DNA from: Lama guanicoe
Taxonomy: Eukaryota
Length of the DNA: 64,000 bases
Assembly (NCBI GenBank): GCA_013239625.1
Contig: MU056000.1
Location: 10,117,175-10,181,174 of the forward strand
Direction of reading: 5' to 3'
In this document: positions 50,636 to 62,747 of the stretch, piece after piece
Layout: every line of letters begins with the position of its first letter
Numbering within the stretch: position 1 is the stretch's first letter
Notes under the pieces: model-generated
What the model was told of the DNA's origin: nothing
Database searches by the model: none
Seen by the model: the letters and a program-made list of their open reading frames with translations, nothing else
Program-made: the position numbers and the translations under genes

Positions 50636-53600
50636 AGAAAAACTATCCTGTTGATGGGCAATATAATGCGAATCACTTTAAGACGCCTGAGTGATTTGGA
50701 AGCAGGGGGTTAAAATGTATCTCAGGTTGACATGCTGCTGAACCAGACAGCAATTTGAAAGGTGATAACAGAATCAATTTTGGCAAGTCATAGCATGCTG
50801 AACCTTGGGGGTTGAGGTATTTTTAAATGAATATGCTAAAACCTCTAAATATTCCACTTTGATTGTTTTAGGAAAAAGCGTTACTTGTGTAGACTGAAAC
50901 GAGGAAAGAGGAAAGAAAATCATCAACAGTTAACTGCACATTTATATTAACAATGATAAAATCTGATTTTTAACCCAACCCCTTTTTCTCCAATAGCATT
51001 CAACAGAAATTAATATCAAGATCTGAGAGTAATAGCAAACGTTATCGTGTGACCATTCTGGTCATTTTCTTTCAGATTTGGTTTAAAGAGCAGTTGTTGC
51101 CTTCCCTTTAGGACTCCACTGGGACACACCCTCTGCACCTGCGAGCCCGGATGAGCCTCAGCCGACTGCATCCTGTGCTGTGTTCACTGTTCCCTGAAGC
51201 TAGAATTTCATTAAAATTCACATTGGCTTCTTATCTCAGATGGCGAAATGTGCTTTACATTGTAACAAGTCTCCAGCCTCTCCCCACCACTTCAGTACAG
51301 GAGCTACGTAATTTTGAAAGTGTGTAATTTATGAAATGGGTACAGCCAAATGTCCTCTGACTTGGGACATTTACCTCTTTGTTAGTTATCACCTTTCACA
51401 TTGCTCTGGTTTTTTGGCCTTTCTCTCCTAATTTTGCCTGAAATTCTCTCTCTGTGCCACCTATTTAGTTTGGTGGCACTTAGAAGTAAAGTGCTGACTC
51501 CTGGTCTGTGGCCAAAGACATGACATGGGGTCTCAGAAGTGTCACTCTAAGATGACATCTGCCAGTCCTTTCCCTCTCCATGGGCGCGAGAGGACAGGTG
51601 TGTGCTTCCAGGGGAGTTGCTGAATGTATCCTTTTGTTCGGAAAGTTTAGGAGGCACAGCTAGACCCTTTAATGTATGAGGAAAGAGCACAGGAAGAGTT
51701 GTCCTATCTGCAGTGTAATCTAAAATCACTGGTCTAGCACAGAAGCCATCTATTTGTAATTCTTTTTTTGTAGTCATATACTCCGTTTTCATAAATAGCT
51801 CTTCAGGGCATGGAACAGAGTCTGCCTTTATGATCTGAGGACATTTCACGGCTGAGTTTCTTCCTGCTTTTTACTGAGAGTTACGTGATATTTTTAATCT
51901 GGCTTTAATGTGTGTACAGGCTTCCTTGGTCTTCTGCCTAGTGGGTGTGTTTTTAAAAATGGAAACCAGATTAAAAATGATACTTAGGTGATGGCCTAAT
52001 AATAGCCACAAACTCAGTTTTTTTGTGTGGTTAGTTTTATATATCTGCTTTTTTCCCCCTCCCATTTTCTTTTCTGTTTTAGAAGTTTCAGTTGTCAATT
52101 TTAATGAAATTAACATCTCTCTCTGTGGCATAGTCAACAAAAATATTGTGGTAGAATTGTTTAGAATTTATATTCTAGACTCTGTTCATACACATACATA
52201 TATCACGATACAAGTTTCAGCACCAGTTTAGCCACTGATTCATGCATGTGCTTTTTTCCTCTAGGAAAACTATGAGTCTTTTAGTGGAGCAATTCAGGAA
52301 CTAAGAGGCTAGAGTAACTACAGGTTTAAGAAACTAAAGATGCACGGAAGTTAGGCTGTGGCTGATAGTGAGACATAGGAGGTCAAGATTTTCATTGTTA
52401 AGTTTTGTTTTCTTCGCTTTGTTCGCATGTCTGTGTGATGCTCTTCCGGTGGAGGGGCCTGGAACTCGGCAGCTCTGACTTGCATCGCTCACTGCATCAG
52501 GGCAGTTAGTGAATAGGTATGGATCAGAGTCGGCAGGAGTTACCGAGAACGCTGTGGAGTTGCGTGAGTCACACGGGCCTCTTCTGAGGTCCCGGCCCTG
52601 GAACTGGGCTGTTCTCCTTGCTGAGAGTTGTAGAGCGTGGTGCCCAGGACTGCGGTTGTGGGGGCACTTCTGTGAGGCTCTGCGGTGTCCCGGCCCGGCC
52701 ACCTGCAGGCAGAGGCTGTGAGGGAGTGCTCGGAAGCATGGTTTTCTTGCCTGGTAGCAGTGGAAGGAGATCCTCTTTTCAAATCTCAGTAGATCAGCAC
52801 CCACAGCCACGGCTTACTCCTGCCTAGTGTCTCCATCACGTGATCCGCCTCCTCCCTGCCTGGCTCCCAGAGCACTTCGTGCTGCCTTGGAACTTGCCAT
52901 GCTGTGCCTGGCTCTCTAGGTATTCATGAGCTTGTCTCCTCGAGGGCCGCAGTGGTGCCTACTTCCTCTTTGCATTTGCCCCGCTGCCCTCTCCGTCCAC
53001 CTGACTTGGAATTGGGATGTGATCAGTCTTCGTGGTCACATTCCGTGCGTTACCCAATGACTGCCAATGAATTGCTGAGACTACGTTGCATCCATTCAAG
53101 AATTTTGAAGGAACCTTAAGGATGAAATTGCAGAACCTTTGGCTGTTGTTTTTGCCTTTTATAAATAGGCAATGTTTTAAAAGCTTGGTGGGTCGCCAGC
53201 ACAAAGTGTGATATAGTGGAAAGCAAAACGGCCCTGGAGGCCTGGGTTCTGTGTCGAGCCTTTTCACAACCAGCTGGGTGGTGCCACTGAGCCCCTGGAC
53301 CTCAGGGTTGTCGTCAGGGTGTGTTTGGCGTCGTCGTTGCTTAGAGTCTCTGGTGATCGTCAGTATCATGGCTGCATGCCGTTAAACTGGGTTCTTCACA
53401 CATGTGTAAGAAGTCTGTAAGTGTAGACAGGATTGTTATTAATCTGCTCTTTGGCTCTGTGAATGGTATGTTGTAGCGACTACATTCTGTTGGATTCCTC
53501 CAGAAGGTGCCGGTTTCCTTGCTGTTTGCGTGCTGGTTTCAGCAGGCTGGACGCCAGCCACCCGGCCTGCTCTTCCACAGTGGGCGAGCAGTCGCTCCAT

Positions 53601-55080
53601 CCTTGGGTCAGGTCCTTCTCTTTCCTGGAGCTGGGGCTGCTTGGAGCTTGCCCTGAACACACGGGGCTCAGGGGACAGCCAGAGGTTTGGGCCAAGTTTC
53701 TACACAGAACGTGGGGCTCCCCTTCCCCTTCCCATGATTTCTGCTGCTGAGGTCGCCCCGAGCTGTGTCCTGACTTGTTTCAGCAGCTCTGGGTGGCTTT
53801 GGTTGGGCCCTGCTCTCAGGCTGAAAACCCTTACGGTGTCATTTCCTTTCTCCTGGTATCGCTCCCTGATTTTGGTCACTCTCCCGTGCCTGGGACAGTC
53901 GTGTTTTACAGGTTTCATATGCGGAGGACTGTTCCCCAGGAACTGCTCAGTCATACAGCAGTGGAAGCCCCTTCATTTACTGAGCACGCTTTTCTTTCTT
54001 GCTAATTCCATCTCTACCTGTTGCATTGGTTGTGTTACCATGTTAATGTTTTGGATACTTTTCCTTGTATTATTTTGGCAAAAACACAGGAAAATAGGAA
54101 TGGGGCAGTAGTCTGTAATTTTTTTCTAGAGATTGCTCTTGCATTAATGATAATTACTGGTTTTGATGGGATGACCAACATCCTGAACCTGGATTACCTC
54201 TGGTAGAGACCTCCAAGAGAAGAATCCTGAGACTGTTAGAACCCCAAACTCCCACGTGGGCATTCGCCCTGGAGAGCCTGGCCGGGCATGTTTGAGCTGC
54301 CAGAATTCCTTCTGCTTAGATGGCTGTTGGCTTGGCCTAAATTGCCCGAGGCATGCTTCCTTGCCTCAGTAACTCCACTTGGCCTTCTATGACCTTGGGG
54401 ACATTGGGGACATGGGGAGAGTTGGTTGGATGTGAGAAGAGGGACCTTGGCCACACTGTGAAGCAGGTGGACACCAGGCCATCTTACCACATTAGCCAGT
54501 GACAGTCCTCCAGGGGTGCATGACCCAGAAAGCCTGGAAGGACAGAGCCAAGAGGGAGCTGGGGCCAGACCCCAGCTATTTATAATCCCTGCTCTTCCCC
54601 CGACACTGTTTATTTTTAACTGGGTTCAGAAGTCTGACATCATGAGGCTTTGAGCTCCCCCTAGAGGTTTTCATGTGCCATGAATCACGGTTTTTAGAAA
54701 AACCATGTTGCTGCTTTATTTGCCAGTGTTTATCTTAATCTATGAAATTAAAGTGAAGAATTTTGAAACGATCTGGACTGATTTCATATCCTGTCTTTTT
54801 GGGACTGAACCTTTATTTAAAGCTCGAATTGACCAAGAGCCTGCTTGGTATGGGAGCCTCTGGGTCAGCAGGCAAGTCATTCTTCCACGTTAAAATAGAA
54901 GGTAATCTTGTGATCAGAGACTTCTCTTCATAGAATTGAAATGTTTTCAAATGATGATATTTCTAAAGTCAATGTAATGCATGTGAAGAAAGCTGCTGTG
55001 TTGGCATTGGATAGAACGTGTGAGAAATTAAATGACACCCAAGCAACCTAGTAACTTTATTTTTTTCTTATGTATTTCAG

Positions 55081-55155
55081 GGTTTCGAAAAAACGATGAA
55101 ATGAAAGCTATGGATGTTTTGCCAATTTTAAAGGAAAAAGTTGCATACCTTTCAG
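55081..55155 (+). CDS. TRIO: TRIO coding exon 2 (75 nt, phase 1-1): (G)FRKNDEMKAMDVLPILKEKVAYLS(G)
   Basis: Polypyrimidine tract and acceptor ttttttcttatgtatttcag end at 55080; donor is TCAG|gtaaag. The translation matches the TRIO N-terminal sequence as I recall it, at the start of the SEC14 domain. Not present in the ORF track. Confidence 0.97.
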
Positions 55156-57119
55156 GTAAAGTTTAATTTTCTAATCTTTATTGTTCCTTTCAACTTGATA
55201 AAATGTCAGGAGTCTGAAGTACTAAAATAAAAGTATTGGCATCTCGAAGGATTTTTAACTGCTTTATTCTTGTAGCATTTTCCTGAGGAATCAGTGCCCA
55301 GGCATTTCCTTCATCAGTCAGTATTGGTGATTAACATATGTTTGTGGCTGTCCTCCAACAAATATTCGGCTGTTTTGTTCTATTCAGTTAAGTAAAAAAA
55401 CCTGATTTTTCAGCAGAAGTGGTGGCATTGTGATCATATGTGGATATGTCCTGAATTCCTTACCTCTGTTTCTTGTGCTCTGGTCCTTGGAGTTTCCTAG
55501 AACCCATGTTATGGACCTTGAAAGCCTCCACCGGTCCTCTGCTTAACTGTAGAGTCTGGTCCTTGGGGCCCCGGCCCTGCTGCAGTGGGGACAGACTGTG
55601 GGCCAGTCTCCTGGGCTTTGGGACACTTACCTGGCCTCTCTGCGTGTAGAGGGTCAGCTCTAGGGCTTTTTTGGCTGTTTCCTCAGGGGCTCCTTCCTAC
55701 AGGAACAGAACAGCCGTGGGGTGTTACACCTTTTTAGCACGAGTACACTTACTGTAAAATTAAGGTTTGCAGAAGTTTTCTGCTGTTTTAGCCGGAAGTA
55801 AATCTGTAGATTGTCACGTGCTTTTGGAGTGTCTTCCTGGATGTTTCCCTTGATAAATTTTTATCTTTCTTCAACAGGCATACTATGCTGATCTGATGTC
55901 TCCTCTGGGACACATTTTATTTTAAAATACTGCTAGCGGCTTTTACATGTTTTGTGTGTCCTTTCAGCATGTGGGACTGTTACATATTTAGGATGCAGCT
56001 TCCTGTGGTGTTTTTACTAATCTTATCTTACTTTCTGTCCACTAGTGTTTTCTTGGTCCCTATTAAACACTGTTTGATGATTTTGCGGAAGTAAATCTAA
56101 TTCAAAGTGCATTTGAAAGGTTAATAGAAGAGTGAGAAGTTCATGAAAAGAAGGAAGTGCTTTAGATTGTTGGAAAAACTTGGTGGAAAAAAAAAATGAA
56201 GGGGGAAGAAAAACCCTCCTGGCTTATAATACACGGTTTTCAAAGTATCATTTGCTCTTTTCTAATCACTTACTGACAAACTGCATAATTTGGATTCTTG
56301 CTAGTTTTGTGAACTCCTGACTAGTTTCCAGGTGGATTTTAAAGTTAAGATACTAATGAAAAGACTCTAGTTATAAATATTAGAGGCATCAGTAAGAAAG
56401 GCTTAATTAAAAACAGCGAGTCCCGCACATTTGTCAGTGTTTTATTTTAAAGTTTGGATCTGTGATGAGGGCCCTTCCTCCTCCATCTCCTCTATTGTTC
56501 CTGAACCTTATTCCACTTTCTTCTCCGGTTAATAAGCTCATGGAGACAGGCAGGTAAAGAAGAGTTGAAGGTTTAGGAGTCATGGTTTTTATTTGTATTC
56601 ATTCTTTTTTTTTAAGCATTTAATGCAGAATATATTAATGGATGGCAATTCTCTCCAGGTTACTGTCAAACTATTTCTGTTTCAACTAATCAAAGAAATA
56701 AAACCAGTCTTGACAAGTTTATCATGAATCTTTTACTAAAGCCTTAAATTCTGCAGGGTTAATTAAAATCAGGTGTCTTTAGTGGGGAGGGAAGTTTTGC
56801 GTTGCAACAAATCAGTTCGGAACTGTTGTTAAATATTAGAGATGTTAGGACTTGTACCAGCTGTGTGAGGAGAATGGCGTTAGTAGGTGCCACCATGATT
56901 TTATAGCAATTTGTGACCAGAACTGGCCAGTTTAAGTAGCTTGAGGTTACTGCTGATTGCCTCAGACTTGCTGTTACCTTGTTGAGGAAGGGAAAAGAGA
57001 AAAAAAAAATCATTAAATTGAAAACAAATTGATTACTTGTGTGGTGAAGTTTTTTTTTTGAAAAGTTACAATGAAGGAGTAAACTTGTGAAAATATTTTT
57101 ACCTCTGGTCCTGTTTTTT

Positions 57120-57300
57120 TCTTTCTTCTTTTTCATCGAGATATAATTCATATACTGTAACTCTGCCTTTTAAAAGCGTACGATCTTGTAGATTTTAGTG
57201 TATTCACAAGGTTGTGGAACCGTCGTCACCGTCTTAATTAATTCCAGAGCACACTTTTATTACCCCACAAAGAGCCCCTCTACTTTTTGCTATGACCCCA
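57120..57300 (-). mobile_element. L1M 3' end fragment
   Basis: gagatataattcatatac..ttttagtgtattcacaaggttgtg..aattccaga..ttattacccca. Confidence 0.75.
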
Positions 57301-58229
57301 TTTTTAAAAAAATATCAGGGTTATTTATTATGATAACTTTGTAAAAGGTCTCCATGTGAATGGCTTTTAGTAAATTAAATCTGAGTGGGATAGCCAGGGC
57401 TTTGAAAAAGCAGGCCACAGAATCACTGATTCTGTGAGATACCTACTGGCTCACGATCTCTGAAAAACCGGCGTGGACTCCTTGAACTTGAATATTCCTG
57501 ATGCATTTCCGGGTACTCTAAAAAGTAGCCCTCATTGCACTTAAGATAGCAAAGTACTACTTCCTCCATTCAGAAGGCAAATTAAATTAGATGAGATGAT
57601 TTATCTGACTTCATGCATGAAGGCTGTGAAAAAATATCCTGTAGTTTGTATTTAATGTTCTATATGTAAAGCATGGGTTTATTTATAGTATACATATTTA
57701 ATATATTACATATATTTAATGTTCTACGTGTGTGTATGTAATATGTATAGTGTCAAGCACCACATGTGGTTCCCATGCCACTAGGGCTTGGGCCTTAAAA
57801 GAACCCACAGACACCCACCAGAATTAAGAAGACATTCTCCCCCCTTATTTTTTTTATCAGGGAACATTTCAACATCCAAAAGGAGACAGAATAGTAGAGT
57901 GAATTTGCATGAATCCATGGGTCACTTCTGTAATCTTGTTCCATCTGCATTCCTTGAAAAGGTTTAAAAACAAAATTCCTCAATACCATTAACAGACGTA
58001 AAAAATGAATAGTAATTATTATTATTATTTTTTTCTTAAAGTGTTGGGCCCTCTTCCTTGCGCTCCAGCCCAGTTCACCTGCCCCGGGGGTTGGAGGAAC
58101 GCCGGCCTTTTCTCGGAAGGGCTCGGCCTCCTTGCGATTTTGAGGAAGCCAATGGCTGGGGCAGTAATTCTTTAATGTAAAAAAACGAATCAATATTCGT
58201 ATTTCCCTGCTCATCTCATTATTTGTTTT

Positions 58230-59250
58230 TATAGGATGTACATTGCAGTCGGTTGATGTGTCTGGTGTCTCTTGTAATCTGCAGATTTTTCCTCCTCGTC
58301 CTTTTTCTCTTACCCCTTTATGTTTACTGAGTGAGGAAATAGGGTGTCTTCCTGCAGATTTCCCTACGTTTTGCTATTTGCATCCCTGGGTTGCCATGTA
58401 ACATGTTCCCCTTCCTCTGTGTGTTCTGTGAACTGGGAGCTGGATCTTGAGGCTTGATTAGACTTAGCTTAGATTTTTGCAGGGAAGTAGGCAAAACTTT
58501 TTAATGGGTAGTGTTGGACAGTTCTACTGGGAGCTTTACTGGGAGAGTCTGGTTGTCTCTCTTTTATGATGTTAAGCATTCATTGATGATTATTGTTTAG
58601 ATATATTTTATAGGGTTGCAAAATGATGACATTCTAATTACATCCTTTTCCTTCATTTATTAACTTGGGTATTCCATAAGGAGACATATCCATCATCAGC
58701 TTCTTGGTTACCCTGAGAACATAGATCGTACAGGAAAGGATGGATAAATAATTGATTCTTGTCCTTTGCTAGTTTTCAGACTAATTAAAAATGATCATTA
58801 GTCATTTCAGGCTAATGAAAAATCTTTTTTTTTAAGGTATCATTTTGGGCTCACACATTTCAATTGTACACTTTCTTTTTCTCTCACGAAGTGAGAATTT
58901 TCCCGTCTGTGGCTGATGGGAGCCTCTGCAGACTGGCTCCTGAATCCATGTGCCACAGTGATACAGCTTCTTTCTTTGCTGATGTGACCAGATGTTTCAG
59001 GCTCGTCTTGTCTGTTTCCTGCCCCTGTCAGCCGTTTCCCTGGAGCGCCTGGTTCCTTTCCGCAGGGAGCTGGGGAGCTTGCTGTTCCGGGTGGGTCGCT
59101 GTTTCTGTGCCTCTTCAGTGGACACATTTAGAAAGTAGGTATAAACATGTTTTTTAAATGAGAAAGTGTATCATGACTTCATACCAAAATTTCCAATTCA
59201 AATTTGGGATTACAGGTATTTTTCTTTGATTTTATATTTGCATCTCCTTT
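58230..59250 (-). mobile_element. Ancient L1 (L1MC-like) 3' region
   Basis: gggttgcaaaatgatgacattctaatt, tcgtacaggaaaggattggataaat and tgggagcctctgcagactggctcctg match the L1MC4/5 type. Confidence 0.6.
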
Positions 59251-60780
59251 GGAAGAGTTTGCTCTTTATGGTCAGTGAGTTACCATTCTGGAGCAGGGCG
59301 GGGCGGGGGGGTTTGTTTTTTGACTAAGCCAGCGTTTGGATGGGCAGCTAATCCTTAATGAGCTGTTGGTTTTTGGTGCCAGACACGCAGTGGTCCAGGG
59401 ACTGTAAAACTCCCATCCATGGGTATCCTGTGACGTTGGAAGGTGCAGGAAATGGACTTCCTGCCCTTTCCTTTTCATTGTAGGAACTAAGGCCCTGAGT
59501 TTCCGACTGTAAAATGGGACTTGACATCTGTCCCGCCTGCCTCACCACGAGGCTGTGGGTTGACCTCAGACTCCATGAGTCTGTCTAGTCGATGAAGCTT
59601 TTATGAGCTGCAACATTATTATTTGTGTTAGTTCAGGAGCAGAAACTGTGAAGCTTCTCTGCCTCATAACCCGCTCAGTGTTTTCATTTGTGTACCTTCG
59701 GAGACATTGGCAATCAAGATAGATTTTGAGGAATGTACTGTAAACAGACATCGATGGAGGTGATTTTTAAGCTCCTTGGGGTTCAGAGACTATGTTCCGC
59801 TGAGCTAATACTGCATTTCACTGGTTCTAAGATTTCTTTTTTTTAACCTCACTGGGAGGGGTCAGCAGATGGGTGATTGGCACCTGCCTGTCACTGACTG
59901 TGACACTGCAGATTGGAAGATGCACCCCCAGGAGGTTAGCAGGTGAAAACATCGTTAAATGATTTAATAGAGAATATGCAAGTTTCACTTCGTAAGTGAT
60001 TTTTTGATGACTTTTTAAAAAGTATCCTAGTGAGTTTTTGAAACTCTATTCTGGGAAAAGGAAGAAAGTAAAATGGTTTTTCCCCCTCCATCTTAGATTT
60101 CAAGCTGAGATTTAAACAAACTTTTTTAGGACACGAATGAGAGCCTGTTTGGTGAACATGCTGGCAGGTCTCAGGGGATGCTCTTCAGTGCCAGCACCGT
60201 GGGGCATCTCCAGCTGACAGTGAAGCAGTCCACAGAGGCAGCCAGGCCTTCTGCGCACACGTGTAGTTTGTTCTCACTTCTGGAGTGAACAGAATGGCCA
60301 TGTGCAATGTGCACACCTGTTGACTCCCCAGCACTTTCGTGGGCGGATTTTGGATTCTCTTCTTCAAGGCCATGCTGGAGCCTGGCTGATCCCATCATGA
60401 GATACAGTGACCTCAGAGGGAGGACAGTTGCCACGGGTCACGGGAATTTAGCCTTCCTAATGAATCACACATTATGTTGTATTTGAAGCAATTCAGAGTG
60501 GTGGTCCAGAGAAATGTGAGGTTCCGTTCTCTTTACCAAAAGTAGGGTGAATGCTTTAATTTGCATGTCACTCTATTTTTAAAAGCTCAAGTTGCTGTAA
60601 TAGGTGTTGATGTATAATATTTTTGATCAGGGAGATTGATTCTTTTTTGAAAAGAATGAAAGCTGTAGGGAAATAAAATCTTGTTATATAAAAACTGAAC
60701 TTGTTAGATAATCTTGGGAACAAGAAGTATTCCAAAAACCTGGAGCCATTGATATTTCCCTAAAAATACTGTCTGATACT

Positions 60781-60893
60781 TTATTTTATTATTTTGTTTT
60801 ATTTTATTTCATTTTCTAATGGTGGTACTGGGGATTGAACCCAGGACCTTGTAGTTGGTAAGTTGCGCTCCACCACTGAGCTCTACTCTCCCC
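60781..60893 (-). mobile_element. Full-length tRNA-derived SINE (camelid Vic-1-like) with TSD
   Basis: Minus strand GGGGAGAGTAGAGCTCAGTGGTGGAGCGC...GGTCCTGGGTTCAATCCCCAGTACCACC plus an A-rich tail; A and B boxes; TSD TGTCTGATA at 60770-60778 and 60895-60903. Confidence 0.9.
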
Positions 60894-61159
60894 TTGTCTG
60901 ATATTTTAGACGATGGCTCCATAATGACAGCCTATCATTTCAGTATATATATTCTGTCATTTCATTCATCGTAACAATACTGCTTCTCACTTTTAATAGT
61001 TCTTTTCATTCATAAAAAAAAATAAGACCCCGGAACCCATCATTTAGTTGTCCTTCTGATATTATTTAGAAAGAGCGGACGCTACTCGTTTGAAAAATCA
61101 TGTAAGTTCTTGCCAGGGCGAAGGTCCAGCAGTGACTTGCTGGCATAGTCTCTTTGTCT

Positions 61160-61300
61160 TTAGTATTTAAGCTCTTTGAGCCTCAGTGTCTTTAACAGTA
61201 AAGCTGATGAGGGGAAGTCTCATAACAGGGTCATTGTTCCTATAAGATCAGAGCGGGTGTGGAGCCCTCAGTGCTGTGCCTAGCCTGTGTCGGTCGCTGT
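61160..61300 (+). mobile_element. MIR fragment
   Basis: ctctttgagcctcagtgtc..gtaaagctg..cataacagggtcattgt..ctcagtgctgtgcctagc. Confidence 0.6.
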
Positions 61301-62632
61301 GATGGATTGTTGTTCCCATTCAGTACCTGAGTTATTGGATTTATAAATAATTTTAACACTTTTCTGGACTGCAGGACTTAACAGTACTTGTGAATCAGTT
61401 TCAGTCTTCAGACTCAGCACTAAGTTTCATTCCTGTTTGGAGGAAGTGTTAATCATCCTAGGAAATTGTCAAGACTGGTCAAATGTGTTTTTAAAATACC
61501 AACATCTTCTGCTGAGTCTGTTTTTGACCTTTCTACAAGTAAGAGTCTGGTTTTCTGTTGTTTGTTTGTTTGTTTGCCTGCTTTTTCATTTACCTCTGCT
61601 GACAAGGTAAATAGTTAAGATGAGAAAAGAATGAAGAGTTTCATATTGTGGCTTGAATTCTGAGATCCTATTGCCATACTTTTGAAAAGAGATGACCAGA
61701 GCCGTAAAACCAAATGCAGCATACACTTGAGAAATTGGTTTTCTTTCTCTGTATTCTGTTCTGAAAACCCTGGGAGAAGTAATAAAATTAATGTAGCAAT
61801 TTAACCAAAAATGTTCAGTGATGCCAACAGACTTAAGGTTGTATACATGTTACTGAGAAATAGTTCTGCCTTTTTATCAAAGACCAGTCATGTGAGATTT
61901 GTACTTAGTGTGCAATTTTTGTAAAATTCTTAAGCTGATTAATTAGTTCTGCTTTAAAATTCTTGCATGCCAATCTCTTTCTCTCTTTCTCTTATTTTTG
62001 GTTATGTGTGGCTTAGTGTGAGGGAGAAGGGCCAGAAAGCTTGGCTGTGGAGGTCAGATACTGCCCTGGAGAGAGGCAGATGAGGAAGATGTCCTGGATC
62101 CCAGATTGTATAGAGTAGACATCAGTGCAAAGTTTGAAAAACATACCCGTCTTTTCCCTTTCAAGAATTAAACTCAGTTTGGTTGGTAGCAAAGAGAGTG
62201 CTTAGAATGCATTGGAGGGGAGGAGAGGGGACAGTGTGGAGGAGAGACAGGGAGGGGGAGAGAGAGAGAGAGAGAAGGGGTGGGAGGTGGTTGTTGAAGG
62301 TGAAGGAAGCACGGAGATGTGCAAACTTTTTTTCTCTCCAAATATAAAACTGAAGAAAAGAGGGAGCGCGTTGGAAGAGAGAGATGAGGCCTGTTGTGAC
62401 ATCTTCCACGTGGTGCACAAAGCTCAGACCTTCAGAGTCCTGGGGGTGATGTTGCCGCCCCGTCTCAGCTGAAAGCCGGGCTCTGGCCCCCTGCCTGGGG
62501 CCCCCGGACGAGCAGGCGGTGGGGGTGCAGCTTTGCGCACGTGGGTGGGTGACGACTTTGGCCCCCCCCGCAGTGTGTCCAGTCCTGTCTCCTCTTGTTT
62601 GTGTCTGAGCCATTCCACATGCTTGTTTCCAG

Positions 62633-62747
62633 GTGGCAGAGATAAACGCGGAGGTCCCATCCTAACGTTCCCGGCCCGCAGCAACCATGACAGAATACGA
62701 CAGGAGGACCTGCGGAGGCTCATTTCCTATCTCGCCTGTATCCCCAG
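62633..62747 (+). CDS. TRIO: TRIO coding exon 3 (115 nt, phase 1-2): GGRDKRGGPILTFPARSNHDRIRQEDLRRLISYLACIP(S)
   Basis: Acceptor gcttgtttccag at 62632 and donor CCAG|gtgagt. In frame with exon 2; lies inside ORF 62533..62751. Recognisable TRIO SEC14-domain peptide (paralog KALRN is similar, but the peptide fits TRIO). Confidence 0.97.

Larger units (their letters stand above)
1..55080 (+). other. TRIO: 3' part of TRIO intron 1 (exon 1 lies upstream of the window)
   Basis: No recognisable coding exon upstream of exon 2. TRIO is known to have a very long first intron. Confidence 0.85.
55156..62632 (+). other. TRIO: TRIO intron 2 (GT-AG, 7477 nt)
   Basis: Starts gtaaag and ends ccag, between the two in-frame exons. 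Confidence 0.93.

Noticed and set aside
53530..54111. 193-aa hydrophobic ORF
   Set aside because: No recognisable family, non-ATG start, intronic T-rich composition.
60820..60893. tRNA-like sequence as a real tRNA gene (also 22548-22603)
   Set aside because: A-rich tail, TSD and a degenerate anticodon arm indicate SINE copies.
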